64,000 bases of DNA from a virus: IMG/VR virus record IMGVR_UViG_3300013103_000005, positions 12,117 to 76,116 of that record; one strand, given 5' to 3'. This document shows, in pieces, positions 9,573-19,775 of the stretch. Under the pieces are notes generated by a model. It was given only the letters and a program-made list of their open reading frames with translations. It had not been told where the DNA came from and did no database searches. A program made the position numbers and the translations under genes. How positions within the stretch are numbered: position 1 is the first letter of the stretch; the number at the start of each line of letters is the position of its first letter.

Positions 9573-12104
9573 ATGCCTGATGAAGAACTAAAACAGACAA
9601 TAAAATTAGAAGCTGATGTCTCGCCTGCTGAGACTGCGTATGATAAATTCCATAAAAATATGGATAAAGCTCTCCGTGCGTCTTTTGATTTAGCTTCTAG
9701 GTTACCTAAGATAGATAAGGAGCGTCTAGAGACCCTTGATAGAGTCTCTAAAGTAGTGGATAGAATTACAAGGACTATTATCAGACAAAAACAAATACCA
9801 GAAGAAAATTTAACCGTTTTAAATAGGATTTTAAATAATACCGCTGATGTTAATGAATTACTCCAACAAAGAGATGTAACAATCAGAGAACTGCAATCTA
9901 AAGTAGAGAATTTAAATAAACAATTGGAAAATCGAAGAAAAATTGAAAAGAAGATAAGTAAAGAAACAGAAGAATCTATTAACTTATCTGAAAGAGAAAA
10001 AGAAATAGCTAAAGAAATAGAACGAATTCACGAAGACTTAAAGAAAAGACAAATTTCTTTAGTTGAAATACGAAAGAAAGGAAAGGAAGCTTATGAAGAA
10101 GCTCTTAAAGTAGCTTTAAAACAAGGTAAATCAGAAGAAGAAGCAAAGCAAATAGCAAAAGCACGTTCTAAAGAAGTTGTGGAAGGACTTAAGAAAGAAA
10201 AAGGCGAATCTAAAGTTTTGGGTAAAATATTAAGTGAGATTACTGATTTATTAGGTAGATTTGCAATTCCAGTCGCCGCTTTAGCTTCCTTTACCGGCGC
10301 TGTAGCTTTATTGGTAGATGCAGAAGGCAAAGCAAGACAATTGAGGGGAACTTTAATGGATATATCTGGAATAATAGGAAAATTGAACTTAGCTTTTGAT
10401 GTTACAGGCGGGGCATCTCAAGATTTATCTAAAACAATAGATACCTTAGTTAGATTAGGCGATGAATATAACTTAACTTTAGACGAAGTTACCTCAACCC
10501 TCAAGAATATGGCAGAAATAGGGGTAGATGTAAGTAAAGACTTTACAGGAGCAATTAAAGAAAGCGGAGAAATGGCTATTCTTTTAGGAAGGGATATTCA
10601 GTCGGCTGCTTCCTTTCTAGCTGAAGGTGTGGAAGAATTAGGAATACAAAGCAAAACTTTAGTGGATACTTTTGCAGATTTATATGACGAAATGATTATG
10701 TCAGGGATGGGGGCAAGTAGATTTTCTTCTTTAATTATGAATAGTGCCCAATCATTAGCTTTCTTAGGCGGACAAATGAAAGAGACCGCTAATTTAATTG
10801 CATTGTTAGGAGAAGGAGCTGGTTGGTCTTCTAAGATGACAGAAAGAGCTTTCGAAGATTTAAGAAGCGCAGGAGAGAATTTAAGCGATAATTTAATTTA
10901 CATCGCATTACAATCAGAAAGTACTAGAAAAATATTAGCTGATTTTATTTCCGACCAGATAAGGAAGTCAACTCAATTAGGAAAATTGTGGAGAGAAATT
11001 TTCCAGACTGCAGATGTAGAAAGAATAAGAAAATCGTTAGAAAGATTAACCCCGTTTGATTTAAAAGCAATTATATCAGAACTTCCAGGAGAACAAAAAT
11101 TATTTACCGTTTTAGGAGCGATACAGGATAATTTACTTGGGATTAGGGATATAACTAAAATATCAGGGGTACAAAGAGAATTACTTAAATCATTATTAAA
11201 TTTTAGTGATAAACAATTAACCCAATTTCAAATTATTTATAAAAGATTAGAAGATAGGTTACACGGTATAGCGACCCCATTGGAATTTTTAACCGCGACT
11301 GGGGAAAAACAGAAAGAATATCTTGAACGTGTTAGAAAGCAGATAGGAGAAACGGCAGCTCAGAATTTAGAACAATTAAGGAAAAATTTAGACGAAATGT
11401 TTAAAACTCGTACAAGACAAGAATCGTTATTCGAGAGGGTACAAAAATGGATTGAAAGGAAATCTCTACAATTAGGAAATCATCTCCTAGAAATAGAAAG
11501 TTGGCTAGAAAAGATGACAAACCTAATGTCTTGGAAATGGTTTGGGAAAGTGATTTCCCCGAGGGGATTAGGAATCATAGAATTTATAGAGGAAACTAAA
11601 AAGGCGAGGGAATCTTCAGAAAGAGTTAAAAAACTTCAAGAATCTCAACTTTATTTTTTGAAAAAGCAAGTTAAAGATTTAGGAGGCCTTGGTGAAAGCA
11701 TTCGTGTTTATGCCGAACAGGGAGAAACAACATCTAAAAAACTTTATAGATATCAAAAAGAAATAAGCAGATGGATTTCTGATTATATTAAGTTATTAAA
11801 AAAGCAAGGAATTAAACCTAAAGATTTAGAATCCCTTGCAGAAACTATTAGGCGTGAAGGTGGGACGAGGGCAGATTATCTAGAAGCTCTCATAAAATTA
11901 TCTAATAAAGAAATAAAACAGACCGAGGAATTAGGAAGGAAAGAAGCGTATATTACAATAAATATTCAAGGCAGATTAGAACCCGAACAAAGAATAAAAT
12001 TGGAAACTTCATTAACAAGAGCTATTCAAAGAGGTTTTGAAACTCAAGCTGTTAGAAAAGAAGTTTATAATATTCAAACTGCTTCCACTTTTAAAGGTAG
12101 ATAA
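9573..12104 (+). CDS. Tape measure protein
   Basis: 843 aa, helical/coiled-coil with A/G/L-rich core; canonical position. Confidence 0.8.
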   Translation: MPDEELKQTIKLEADVSPAETAYDKFHKNMDKALRASFDLASRLPKIDKERLETLDRVSKVVDRITRTIIRQKQIPEENLTVLNRILNNTADVNELLQQRDVTIRELQSKVENLNKQLENRRKIEKKISKETEESINLSEREKEIAKEIERIHEDLKKRQISLVEIRKKGKEAYEEALKVALKQGKSEEEAKQIAKARSKEVVEGLKKEKGESKVLGKILSEITDLLGRFAIPVAALASFTGAVALLVDAEGKARQLRGTLMDISGIIGKLNLAFDVTGGASQDLSKTIDTLVRLGDEYNLTLDEVTSTLKNMAEIGVDVSKDFTGAIKESGEMAILLGRDIQSAASFLAEGVEELGIQSKTLVDTFADLYDEMIMSGMGASRFSSLIMNSAQSLAFLGGQMKETANLIALLGEGAGWSSKMTERAFEDLRSAGENLSDNLIYIALQSESTRKILADFISDQIRKSTQLGKLWREIFQTADVERIRKSLERLTPFDLKAIISELPGEQKLFTVLGAIQDNLLGIRDITKISGVQRELLKSLLNFSDKQLTQFQIIYKRLEDRLHGIATPLEFLTATGEKQKEYLERVRKQIGETAAQNLEQLRKNLDEMFKTRTRQESLFERVQKWIERKSLQLGNHLLEIESWLEKMTNLMSWKWFGKVISPRGLGIIEFIEETKKARESSERVKKLQESQLYFLKKQVKDLGGLGESIRVYAEQGETTSKKLYRYQKEISRWISDYIKLLKKQGIKPKDLESLAETIRREGGTRADYLEALIKLSNKEIKQTEELGRKEAYITINIQGRLEPEQRIKLETSLTRAIQRGFETQAVRKEVYNIQTASTFKGR

Positions 12105-12106
12105 TT

Positions 12107-12802
12107 ATGAATTTTAAAAACATAGCTTCAATTTCAACTGCCGCTTTTATGGTAGGCCAGGGCATAAGAGCCCTAAAAGCAAGAGAACAATATGAAGATT
12201 CTTTAGTAACAGATTCTAAAGTTCCTTTTTATATTAGGTATAGATTACCTCAAGGGTTTGATAAACAATCTTTAGAAAAATTGAATTTAAGAAATTTATT
12301 TGATGATACTGGTGATGTAGAAATTGAACTAGAGATTAATCCTTCTTCATTAGAAATTTCTTGTACTCCTTTAATAAACACAACTCAAACAGATGGTGGT
12401 TGGGTTGAGGAATATTGGGGAGAACAAGCAGACACTATTTCTGCTTCTGGAAGAAGCCCTGTGGGTATAATTACAGGGACAGAAGAAGCAAATAAGCATA
12501 TAAGAACTAAAAACAATGTAGAACTAATTCAAAGAACAGATGAAAGGATAAGGTCTAAATACTATCAAATGATTTTAAAATTAGAACATATATTTGCTAA
12601 TCAAGGTTTTATTTATGATGAATATGGGGAATTGATAGCAGAAGGAATTACTGAAATTCAATTTGGAGATTTCTTATACAGAGGAATATTTATTTCATTT
12701 AGTATAACAGAAACTGCTGAAAGTCCTTTTATCTGGGATTATTCTTTTGATTTTAAAGTAAACAAAGATAATATTCTTAATGTTAGAGGTGTGTTTAGAT
12801 AA
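12107..12802 (+). CDS. Baseplate/tail-tube initiator-like protein
   Basis: INPSSLEI...QTDGGWVEEYWG...ESPFIWDYSFDF. Confidence 0.6.
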   Translation: MNFKNIASISTAAFMVGQGIRALKAREQYEDSLVTDSKVPFYIRYRLPQGFDKQSLEKLNLRNLFDDTGDVEIELEINPSSLEISCTPLINTTQTDGGWVEEYWGEQADTISASGRSPVGIITGTEEANKHIRTKNNVELIQRTDERIRSKYYQMILKLEHIFANQGFIYDEYGELIAEGITEIQFGDFLYRGIFISFSITETAESPFIWDYSFDFKVNKDNILNVRGVFR

Positions 12803-13482
12803 TGTTAACAAAAAGACAAACTCATAGATACGATGTTAGGAGATTTGGTACTACAATTTCTAAATCAAAAGTTGAAAGAAAAGAAACTAGAAAAGGTATT
12901 GTTTTAGAAACTAAAAAAGACCTAAAACAACCTTCTGAAAAAGTAAATTATTATTTTAGCCCAATGACTTTTAGAAATACTTTACCAGAAACAGACCCTA
13001 ATTTACCTTTAAACGAAGTTACATTATACGTAAACCCAATCGAGAGAACAGAAAATATAGATTTTTTATTTACTGAAAATAGAACTTCTACTGGTATTAA
13101 AGATTCTGTTTGGGGAGTAGGAAGACCTGTATGGAATTTTAATGGAGTAGTAGGAGGATTTCTACACCCTGAATACGGTTTAGTTTGGACAATGGAGAAA
13201 TTAAAGAAATCTCCTGCTTGGAATTTATTTATAGATTTTTTAGATTTCTATAGATTTAATGGAAAATTCAATTATCCTTCAAACAAAAATCCAATAGCTA
13301 GTAAAATCTTATTTAACAAAACTTCCCCAATATTATTTATAGTTCCTATTGAAATCGAATATGCTGAATTTAAAGTGTTTGGAAACTTTAATGATTTTAG
13401 GTATTCCTTTAATTCAGAATCTCCTTTTACTGTAAGTATTTCATTTTCTTTTAACATAGAACGCAAAGAGAAAATTTTATGA
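12802..13482 (+). CDS. Baseplate/tail-tube initiator-like protein (paralog of preceding gene)
   Basis: LYVNP...WG...ESPFTVSISFSF pattern shared with 12107. Confidence 0.55.
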   Translation: MLTKRQTHRYDVRRFGTTISKSKVERKETRKGIVLETKKDLKQPSEKVNYYFSPMTFRNTLPETDPNLPLNEVTLYVNPIERTENIDFLFTENRTSTGIKDSVWGVGRPVWNFNGVVGGFLHPEYGLVWTMEKLKKSPAWNLFIDFLDFYRFNGKFNYPSNKNPIASKILFNKTSPILFIVPIEIEYAEFKVFGNFNDFRYSFNSESPFTVSISFSFNIERKEKIL

Positions 13483-13506
13483 AAAGTTTAACGCGTTAAA
13501 CTTTTC
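13481..13506. repeat. Palindrome copy 5 (perfect, 26 bp)
   Basis: GAAAAGTTTAACGCGTTAAACTTTTC. Confidence 0.98.
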
Positions 13507-13517
13507 GAGGAGAAGCT

Positions 13518-15905
13518 ATGTTAACAACAAAACAAATAAAGAGATACGATGTTAGAAATATAGGAACAGTTTTACCTAAACCTGAATCTAATGGTAAAGT
13601 AAAAACTAAAAGTATTGTCAAAGAAATAGAAGAACAAAAAGTATATTCTTCAACCCCACCTTTCCCTAAATATAAGAGGGTCAAACGCATTGCTCCAGAC
13701 GCAAGAATAAGAATAAATCAAAGTTTTGAAGTAAGATATTGCCCAAATTGCCCTTGCACCACCACCGCTGATGTAAACTTAATGAGTTTTACTACAAATT
13801 TAAATATCAATTCAGTTCCCGGTACCGCTAGTTTGACCTTTGTAGTAGATAAAAATCAAAGACATAGATATTTTATAGGCGATGAGACTATTTTTAAAGA
13901 GATGGATGAAATTGAGATTTTAGTTAAAAGCAATTTTACAGAAGGGGATAATTTACCTCAATACGATAAATATTATACAGTCTTCAAAGGTATTATTACA
14001 GGAATAGGGGTAGATGAAAGTGCGGGCGTTTTGACCATTTCAATAGATTGTGCTGATATTTTAAGGTTATGGGAATTAACCAGACTTAATTTACACCCCG
14101 GGGTAGATACTTTATTTTATACTACTAATAAACAAGATATTCTAAACAGAATGAATATAGCGTTAAAGCAAGATATATTTCAATTTTTAGTTACTTTAAT
14201 GTCTTACCAATTTATTGATTGGATAGTCCCTGCTAATCTAGTAAATACTGTTTACGGAATTGGAATAAATGAACCTATAGAAACAAAAAGATTATTTCAC
14301 GAATGGCAATCTTATTGGAGAAAAAGGTTAACAAAAACTGCCAATATGTTATTGATTTTAGATTATCAAGGCGGAGCTATAAATATTCAAGCGGGAAAGC
14401 AAATAAATTTATCAGAATTTCAAAAGCAGGGTTTAATTAGTTTTGGAGATTTTGGCATTACAGATGATTTCAGACCCTTAATTCAAGAAGCTTTACAAGG
14501 CGGTATTTCTTTACAATCAGAATTTAAAACTTATTTAGAAATAGCTAATCAATTAAAAGAATATTTACATTGGGAATTTTATATGGATAGTACTGGGGAT
14601 TTAGTTTTTAAGCCTCCGTTTTATAATTTAGATACAAGACCTTGTAAGATTTATAACATCGACGATATTGATATTGTAAGCAAATCGTTAGGGTGGAATG
14701 AGTCTCAAGTAATTACTTCTGTAAATGTCAGAGGTTCAATCCACGAATTGTTAGCGGGTGGAAGCGAACAACCCGAAGCTTTATATATAGATTATAACTT
14801 AACTAAAAGATATGGATTAAGACAGATGATAGATTACGATATTCCTTATATCAGAAATAAAGACCTTGCTTTCGGTTATGCTATAATGGAATTAGACAGA
14901 TTAAATACATTAAGAAGAGAAGGTTCAATTACGATAATAGGAAGGCCTGAATTAAGATTGGGATTTCCTATTTATGTTAAGAGTTTAGATACCTTTTATT
15001 ATATAACAGGTATCAGCCATAATTTTACTTTTGGTGGTACTTATACGACCACAATTTCTTATATAGGAGCTAGGAGCAAATATAAACCTTTAACTAATGT
15101 TCCTGTTAGGATTAATGGTGTTTATAAGAACGTTTATTTAGAATGGGAGAAATATCCTACAGAATTAGAAACTACAAAAGAATTAGAATCTAAAATTTTA
15201 CCCGACGCTCAATCAGAAAGAAATTTAAATGCCTCTGAATCACAAGGGTATTTTATCACTACTAAAACAAAAGAAGCAAAAATTAAACCTAAAAAGACAC
15301 AAGATTTTAGGAACAAATTATTAGAGAATAGTCCAAATATCATCGATGTAGAATTTTATAGGAATAAAAAACAGATAGAAGAAGAAAAATCTAAAGCAAC
15401 AGAAAACACTGCTAAATCAATAAAAATAGGAGAATGGGTGGAGAAGCAATCCAATATTAAAGTTTGGGACTTAATGACTGGAAATTATCTTGAAAATCTT
15501 AAAACGCTTAAACCTGTTTCAGATGAAGAAGGGTATGAAATTGTAGGCAGTTTTCCTTATGGAAATTTAAATTACATAGATGAAGAAGGCAAAATATTAA
15601 GAAAGTCTTCTTTGACAATAACAAATAAAATTCAAAAAGCTTCTTTAAAAGCTAGTAATATGACTCCTACAAAAGGTAATAAACTTTCCAAAACTGAAAC
15701 AGGAGATAAACGACATATAAGAACCAAAGATTTAAGAGAAGCTTTTAGTATAGTAGGGAGGTCCTATAAAGCTAGTGAAATGAGACCTCAAGTAGAAACT
15801 TTAAATACTATTTGTGATTGTGATTGTCATAAAGTGAATTATAGGGAAGGCAGAAATTTGAGGATAGCTGAGGACAAAATAAATTTAAATACAAATCTTG
15901 CCTAA
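13518..15905 (+). CDS. Baseplate hub protein (gp27/gpD-like)
   Basis: WEFYMDSTGDLVFKPP, GRPELRLGFPIY, YYITGISHNF. Confidence 0.7.
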   Translation: MLTTKQIKRYDVRNIGTVLPKPESNGKVKTKSIVKEIEEQKVYSSTPPFPKYKRVKRIAPDARIRINQSFEVRYCPNCPCTTTADVNLMSFTTNLNINSVPGTASLTFVVDKNQRHRYFIGDETIFKEMDEIEILVKSNFTEGDNLPQYDKYYTVFKGIITGIGVDESAGVLTISIDCADILRLWELTRLNLHPGVDTLFYTTNKQDILNRMNIALKQDIFQFLVTLMSYQFIDWIVPANLVNTVYGIGINEPIETKRLFHEWQSYWRKRLTKTANMLLILDYQGGAINIQAGKQINLSEFQKQGLISFGDFGITDDFRPLIQEALQGGISLQSEFKTYLEIANQLKEYLHWEFYMDSTGDLVFKPPFYNLDTRPCKIYNIDDIDIVSKSLGWNESQVITSVNVRGSIHELLAGGSEQPEALYIDYNLTKRYGLRQMIDYDIPYIRNKDLAFGYAIMELDRLNTLRREGSITIIGRPELRLGFPIYVKSLDTFYYITGISHNFTFGGTYTTTISYIGARSKYKPLTNVPVRINGVYKNVYLEWEKYPTELETTKELESKILPDAQSERNLNASESQGYFITTKTKEAKIKPKKTQDFRNKLLENSPNIIDVEFYRNKKQIEEEKSKATENTAKSIKIGEWVEKQSNIKVWDLMTGNYLENLKTLKPVSDEEGYEIVGSFPYGNLNYIDEEGKILRKSSLTITNKIQKASLKASNMTPTKGNKLSKTETGDKRHIRTKDLREAFSIVGRSYKASEMRPQVETLNTICDCDCHKVNYREGRNLRIAEDKINLNTNLA

Positions 15906-15925
15906 AGTTTAACGCATTAAACTTT
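15904..15925. repeat. Palindrome copy 6 (CGCA)
   Basis: AAAGTTTAACGCATTAAACTTT. Confidence 0.95.
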
Positions 15926-16041
15926 CCTATAACGAAAAATAATACACTTATTTTTCGTTGTAAATAAAGGAAGGTATATGGGTATTATCCTAGCTAAAAC
16001 TTTGAAGGATTGGGTCGGTTCTGCTCGTTGACGGAAGTAAT

Positions 16042-17424
16042 TTGAGGTGGTTTATGATTAAAAGAGAACTAGGTATAAGGGAAGAACCTTTCTTTGGAAA
16101 AGCTTATAAAACAAATTTCCTAGAATTGGGAAGAATAGCGTTTGTAGATTATGAAAGAAATAAATGTTCTGTACTTACTTTTTCTGGTGCTTTTTATAAC
16201 GAAGTTAGATGGACTTCTGATAAAAGTACTCGTTCGGGGAGTAAAAGAGTTCCTGAACTAGGGGATATTGTTTTATTAGGGAGATTACCTCAAACAGAAC
16301 ATTGGTCTCAACCTATTATAATTGGATTTTTAGAATGGGGATTTGAACCTGCTAAAAAGTTTAACGCGTTAAACTCTCAAGTTGTAGACTTATACCCATT
16401 AAGATTGAAAACAAGAAAATTATACGAAGGTGAATGGTATGCTAGCAGTACTCAAGGTTCAGATATTGTTTTAGACGAAAATATATGGTTCTCCACTTCT
16501 AATGGAAATGAAATTTATATAAGAAAAGAAGACGGGCTTATAGCTCATATTTGTTTATCTCAAATAATACAAACAGAAGCAGGAATTATTAGAAATGGTT
16601 TAGTATTTAGGGATGAATTAACAGATATTACAAAAGCAATGATATTAAAAGATGGGCATAAATGGTATGTAATTACTAAAGATGGTTTTACGAATAAATT
16701 AAGCGAAGGTGGAATTCCTTTTGTAGAATATAGACACGAATTACCAGAATTTGGAGATGGTATTATTGATGTTACTGAATTCAATTCAAATGTAAATATA
16801 GATAGGATTGACCCTTTGATTGAGTATGTTAGAGGAACAGTAATAGGAAATAATCCTTTAGATACTAATCTTTATGGGAAAGTTATTAAATATGTCTTAT
16901 TTAATAACTGGATAGATACTTCTGCGATTAATCAAGAACAATCTTGTAGTTCTTCAGAAGAAACTACAAAAGCATCTTGCTTTAGAATTAAGTTTAAATC
17001 GAATACTAGAAGAGAAATAACAAAACAAGGTAAAGTATTAGAATATATTTCAAAAGACGATAATAATATTTCTGAAGAAAGATATTTAGAAGGTGCTAAA
17101 AAAGAAGTTATAGGTAAAGAGAATTCTAAAAACGAAAGTATAAGACAAGATTTAGCAGGTGGTATTCATTTAACTATTGGAAAGGATATAAATGGGAATG
17201 CTAGGGTAGAAATATTAAATGGCGGGGCAAAGATAACTATAACCCAGGCTAATAATAATGGTTATGGTTTAGAAGCTTCTATCCAAGGAAATGTCAAAGT
17301 AGATATTCAAGGAAATGCAGATCTAAATGTTTCTGGAAATACAAATTTAATTACTGGTGGGAATACTAGTATTCAATCTAGTGGAATAGTAACTATACGG
17401 GGTTCTTTAGTTCAAATAAATTAA
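16042..17424 (+). CDS. Baseplate central spike (gp5/gpV-like; probable start ATG 16054)
   Basis: N-terminal OB-like PELGDIVLLG; C-terminal beta-helix repeats (QGNVKVDIQGNADLNVSGN); followed by PAAR gene. Confidence 0.75.
   Translation: MRWFMIKRELGIREEPFFGKAYKTNFLELGRIAFVDYERNKCSVLTFSGAFYNEVRWTSDKSTRSGSKRVPELGDIVLLGRLPQTEHWSQPIIIGFLEWGFEPAKKFNALNSQVVDLYPLRLKTRKLYEGEWYASSTQGSDIVLDENIWFSTSNGNEIYIRKEDGLIAHICLSQIIQTEAGIIRNGLVFRDELTDITKAMILKDGHKWYVITKDGFTNKLSEGGIPFVEYRHELPEFGDGIIDVTEFNSNVNIDRIDPLIEYVRGTVIGNNPLDTNLYGKVIKYVLFNNWIDTSAINQEQSCSSSEETTKASCFRIKFKSNTRREITKQGKVLEYISKDDNNISEERYLEGAKKEVIGKENSKNESIRQDLAGGIHLTIGKDINGNARVEILNGGAKITITQANNNGYGLEASIQGNVKVDIQGNADLNVSGNTNLITGGNTSIQSSGIVTIRGSLVQIN
16358..16375. 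repeat. Palindrome copy 7 (intragenic, reads FNALN)
   Basis: AGTTTAACGCGTTAAACT. Confidence 0.95.
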
Positions 17425-17425
17425 A

Positions 17426-17698
17426 ATGGCGCTTAATGTAGCTTTACTCGGAAGTTCTAGCAATCACGGCGGAAGCATTATTTCAGGAACCTCTGTAACC
17501 ACATTAGCGAATAATACCTCTATCGCTATGATAGGTTCTTTACATAATTGCCCTAGAGAAGGGCACGGAATAACCCCTATCGTTAGTTCTATGGCTTCTA
17601 TTAGTTTTGCAGAAGGGAGTCTTATAGCAACTGTAGGAAGTATTTGTGGTTGTGGAGCAGTTATAATTACAGGTTCTTCTAATGTTCTAGCCGGTTGA
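17426..17698 (+). CDS. PAAR-repeat spike tip protein
   Basis: VALLGSSSNHGG, HNCPREGHG, IATVGSICGCGAVIITGS. Confidence 0.9.
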   Translation: MALNVALLGSSSNHGGSIISGTSVTTLANNTSIAMIGSLHNCPREGHGITPIVSSMASISFAEGSLIATVGSICGCGAVIITGSSNVLAG

Positions 17699-17699
17699 A

Positions 17700-17719
17700 A
17701 AGTTTAACGCGTTAAACTT
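17700..17719. repeat. Palindrome copy 8
   Basis: AAGTTTAACGCGTTAAACTT. Confidence 0.98.
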
Positions 17720-17738
17720 ATTTAAGGAGATTTAGATT

Positions 17739-18140
17739 ATGCCTAGTACTCCAACAACTCCATTATCAAATGTGGAATGGGGCGAATTTCAAGATTTTAT
17801 TTCTTCTCAAATACAATTAGTGTTAGATAAATTAGATGAAATATTTAATACTTACACAGGAAATTATCCTTCTAATTCTCAGCAAAATATTCAAAGATTA
17901 AGATATATTCAAGAAACAAATGCTTCGGGTCAAGCTCCAATGTCTTTATTTACCCAAGCAATTTTTGAATATATGACTAAAACAGATTTAAACGGAGATG
18001 GAAAAATATTTGGTCACGACTTTGTCTGGGAACAACCGCAACCAGCTTTAGAAGGGGTTACCTTAGCAGCTAAACAAAGAAATCCTAATATCGAAGTGGT
18101 GCCTGGTGAACCTCCTCCCGATTTAATTTATAATGGGTGA
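17739..18140 (+). CDS. Hypothetical protein
   Basis: ORF with AAGGAG RBS. Confidence 0.6.
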   Translation: MPSTPTTPLSNVEWGEFQDFISSQIQLVLDKLDEIFNTYTGNYPSNSQQNIQRLRYIQETNASGQAPMSLFTQAIFEYMTKTDLNGDGKIFGHDFVWEQPQPALEGVTLAAKQRNPNIEVVPGEPPPDLIYNG

Positions 18141-18301
18141 TAGGTCGGCGGGTCGTGTATTTATTTACCCATCCCTCTAACCCCCACCCACCACCCATTA
18201 TATTAATACTCTATTTTTATTATACAATAAAAATAGAAATAAATAAAAATTAATGAAGAAAAATATTAATTAACATAAACACGGCATGCGGTAGGTGTTA
18301 G

Positions 18302-18502
18302 ATGGAAAGAATATTTGAAAATAAAAATTGGAAGATTGAAATTGGGGATAATGATGTTATTTATTTGACTAAAAAGTTTGGAAATAAAGATATTCAAGTT
18401 ATAATTATTTCTCCTAATGATAAAATTATTTCTTTTAAGAATGTCTTCCTAATCGGTGATTTATTTTCTATTAAACAAATAGAAAAAGGTTTAACGCATT
18501 AA
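18302..18502 (+). CDS. Hypothetical protein
   Basis: Short ORF whose stop lies in a palindrome copy. Confidence 0.5.
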   Translation: MERIFENKNWKIEIGDNDVIYLTKKFGNKDIQVIIISPNDKIISFKNVFLIGDLFSIKQIEKGLTH

Positions 18503-18504
18503 AC
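18489..18504. repeat. Palindrome copy 9 (CGCA)
   Basis: GTTTAACGCATTAAAC. Confidence 0.9.
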
Positions 18505-18519
18505 TTTTGAAAGGTTTAA

Positions 18520-19002
18520 TTGATGCTTGATTTTTTAGGTAAATTTAATAAAAAAGATTATGATGAATTAAAACAATTTATAGATTCCGAAGAAGCCAAT
18601 TTAAATGAAATTTTATCCTTTATAGATTATAGAATTCAATCATTGACTACTTTATTAAATAAATTATCTCAAGCAGAACAGACTTTAGGAATTAAAACTA
18701 CTTTAACAAAAGATGAATCTAATTTATCCCCTCAGACTCCTAATAGTACTCAAAATGAAGTAGATAACGATTTTGAAGTAGCATCTTCAATAAGGTCTTT
18801 AAAATATCCATTTGAATCTATCATTAAATTTAAAGGCGAAAATTTAGAATTTAGGATTAAAAAGGTCTTAGATGAGATAACAAGCCTTAAAAATTTTAAG
18901 TATTATATAGAGGAATGGTTAAAAACAAAACAGAAAGATATAGTAGATTCTAAAGTGCAAAGGTTTTTATCTAGTGATAATTACCCAGAAGTAAAAGTTT
19001 AA
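18520..19002 (+). CDS. Hypothetical protein
   Basis: ORF bounded by two palindrome copies. Confidence 0.6.
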   Translation: MMLDFLGKFNKKDYDELKQFIDSEEANLNEILSFIDYRIQSLTTLLNKLSQAEQTLGIKTTLTKDESNLSPQTPNSTQNEVDNDFEVASSIRSLKYPFESIIKFKGENLEFRIKKVLDEITSLKNFKYYIEEWLKTKQKDIVDSKVQRFLSSDNYPEVKV

Positions 19003-19016
19003 CGCGTTAAACTTTT
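18993..19016. repeat. Palindrome copy 10
   Basis: AAAAGTTTAACGCGTTAAACTTTT. Confidence 0.98.
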
Positions 19017-19021
19017 GGGGT

Positions 19022-19741
19022 TTGAATATGGCTACATTAGATTTATCAGTTAGAAAGATTTGTAAACATCAAGTCAAAAAAGAAAAACAAGCTATCGAAC
19101 CTGATGGAAAAACAATTAGGCTCGATAGACCTGTTTCTTCTAAAAGTTCTATTAAGCTTTATATAAATGGGTACGAAATCCCTAAAAATCAGTATTCAGT
19201 AGTAGAAGACGAATTAGGGGTTACCCTCGATAAAGTTAAAATAGTTTTAAAGAACCCGAGAAAAAGTTATTTAGATGATGTAGTTGAAATTGATTATAAT
19301 ACAACTGTATCTAATTGTAGAATGTGCCACGGAAGGGGCGAATTAGATGACTTGAATACTTCTACTGCTAAAAGTTTAATTTTTATTTCAGATAGAGATA
19401 AACTAAGACAAGATATAGATAAGATAATTGTTACGGTATTAAATTCCAATCCGTTTCATCAATGGTATGGAACTTTATTAACTGAATATATTGGCAAAAA
19501 GATATCTAATTTAGATAGATTAAGGAGAAGAATAACGATAGAAGTCCAAGACGCTTTAGAAAAGTTAAAAGACTTACAGAGACAACAAGAAACTTATCAA
19601 TCTTTATCTGATGGAGAAGTATTATTAAGATTTGAAGGATTAGATGTAATGATTCACGGCCAGAACACAATTAAAATAGATTTTACAGTAATGACTAGGG
19701 AATTGGATATGTTAAAGGTATCCCAAGTTTATAGGTTTTAG
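19022..19741 (+). CDS. Baseplate wedge/sheath initiator (gp25-like)
   Basis: KLRQDIDKIIVT...SNPFHQWYGT; CRMCHG; precedes baseplate J gene. Confidence 0.65.
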   Translation: MNMATLDLSVRKICKHQVKKEKQAIEPDGKTIRLDRPVSSKSSIKLYINGYEIPKNQYSVVEDELGVTLDKVKIVLKNPRKSYLDDVVEIDYNTTVSNCRMCHGRGELDDLNTSTAKSLIFISDRDKLRQDIDKIIVTVLNSNPFHQWYGTLLTEYIGKKISNLDRLRRRITIEVQDALEKLKDLQRQQETYQSLSDGEVLLRFEGLDVMIHGQNTIKIDFTVMTRELDMLKVSQVYRF

Positions 19742-19742
19742 A

Positions 19743-19764
19743 AAAGTTTAACGCATTAAACTTT
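19743..19764. repeat. Palindrome copy 11 (CGCA)
   Basis: AAAGTTTAACGCATTAAACTTT. Confidence 0.95.
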
Positions 19765-19775
19765 GAGGAGATAGA

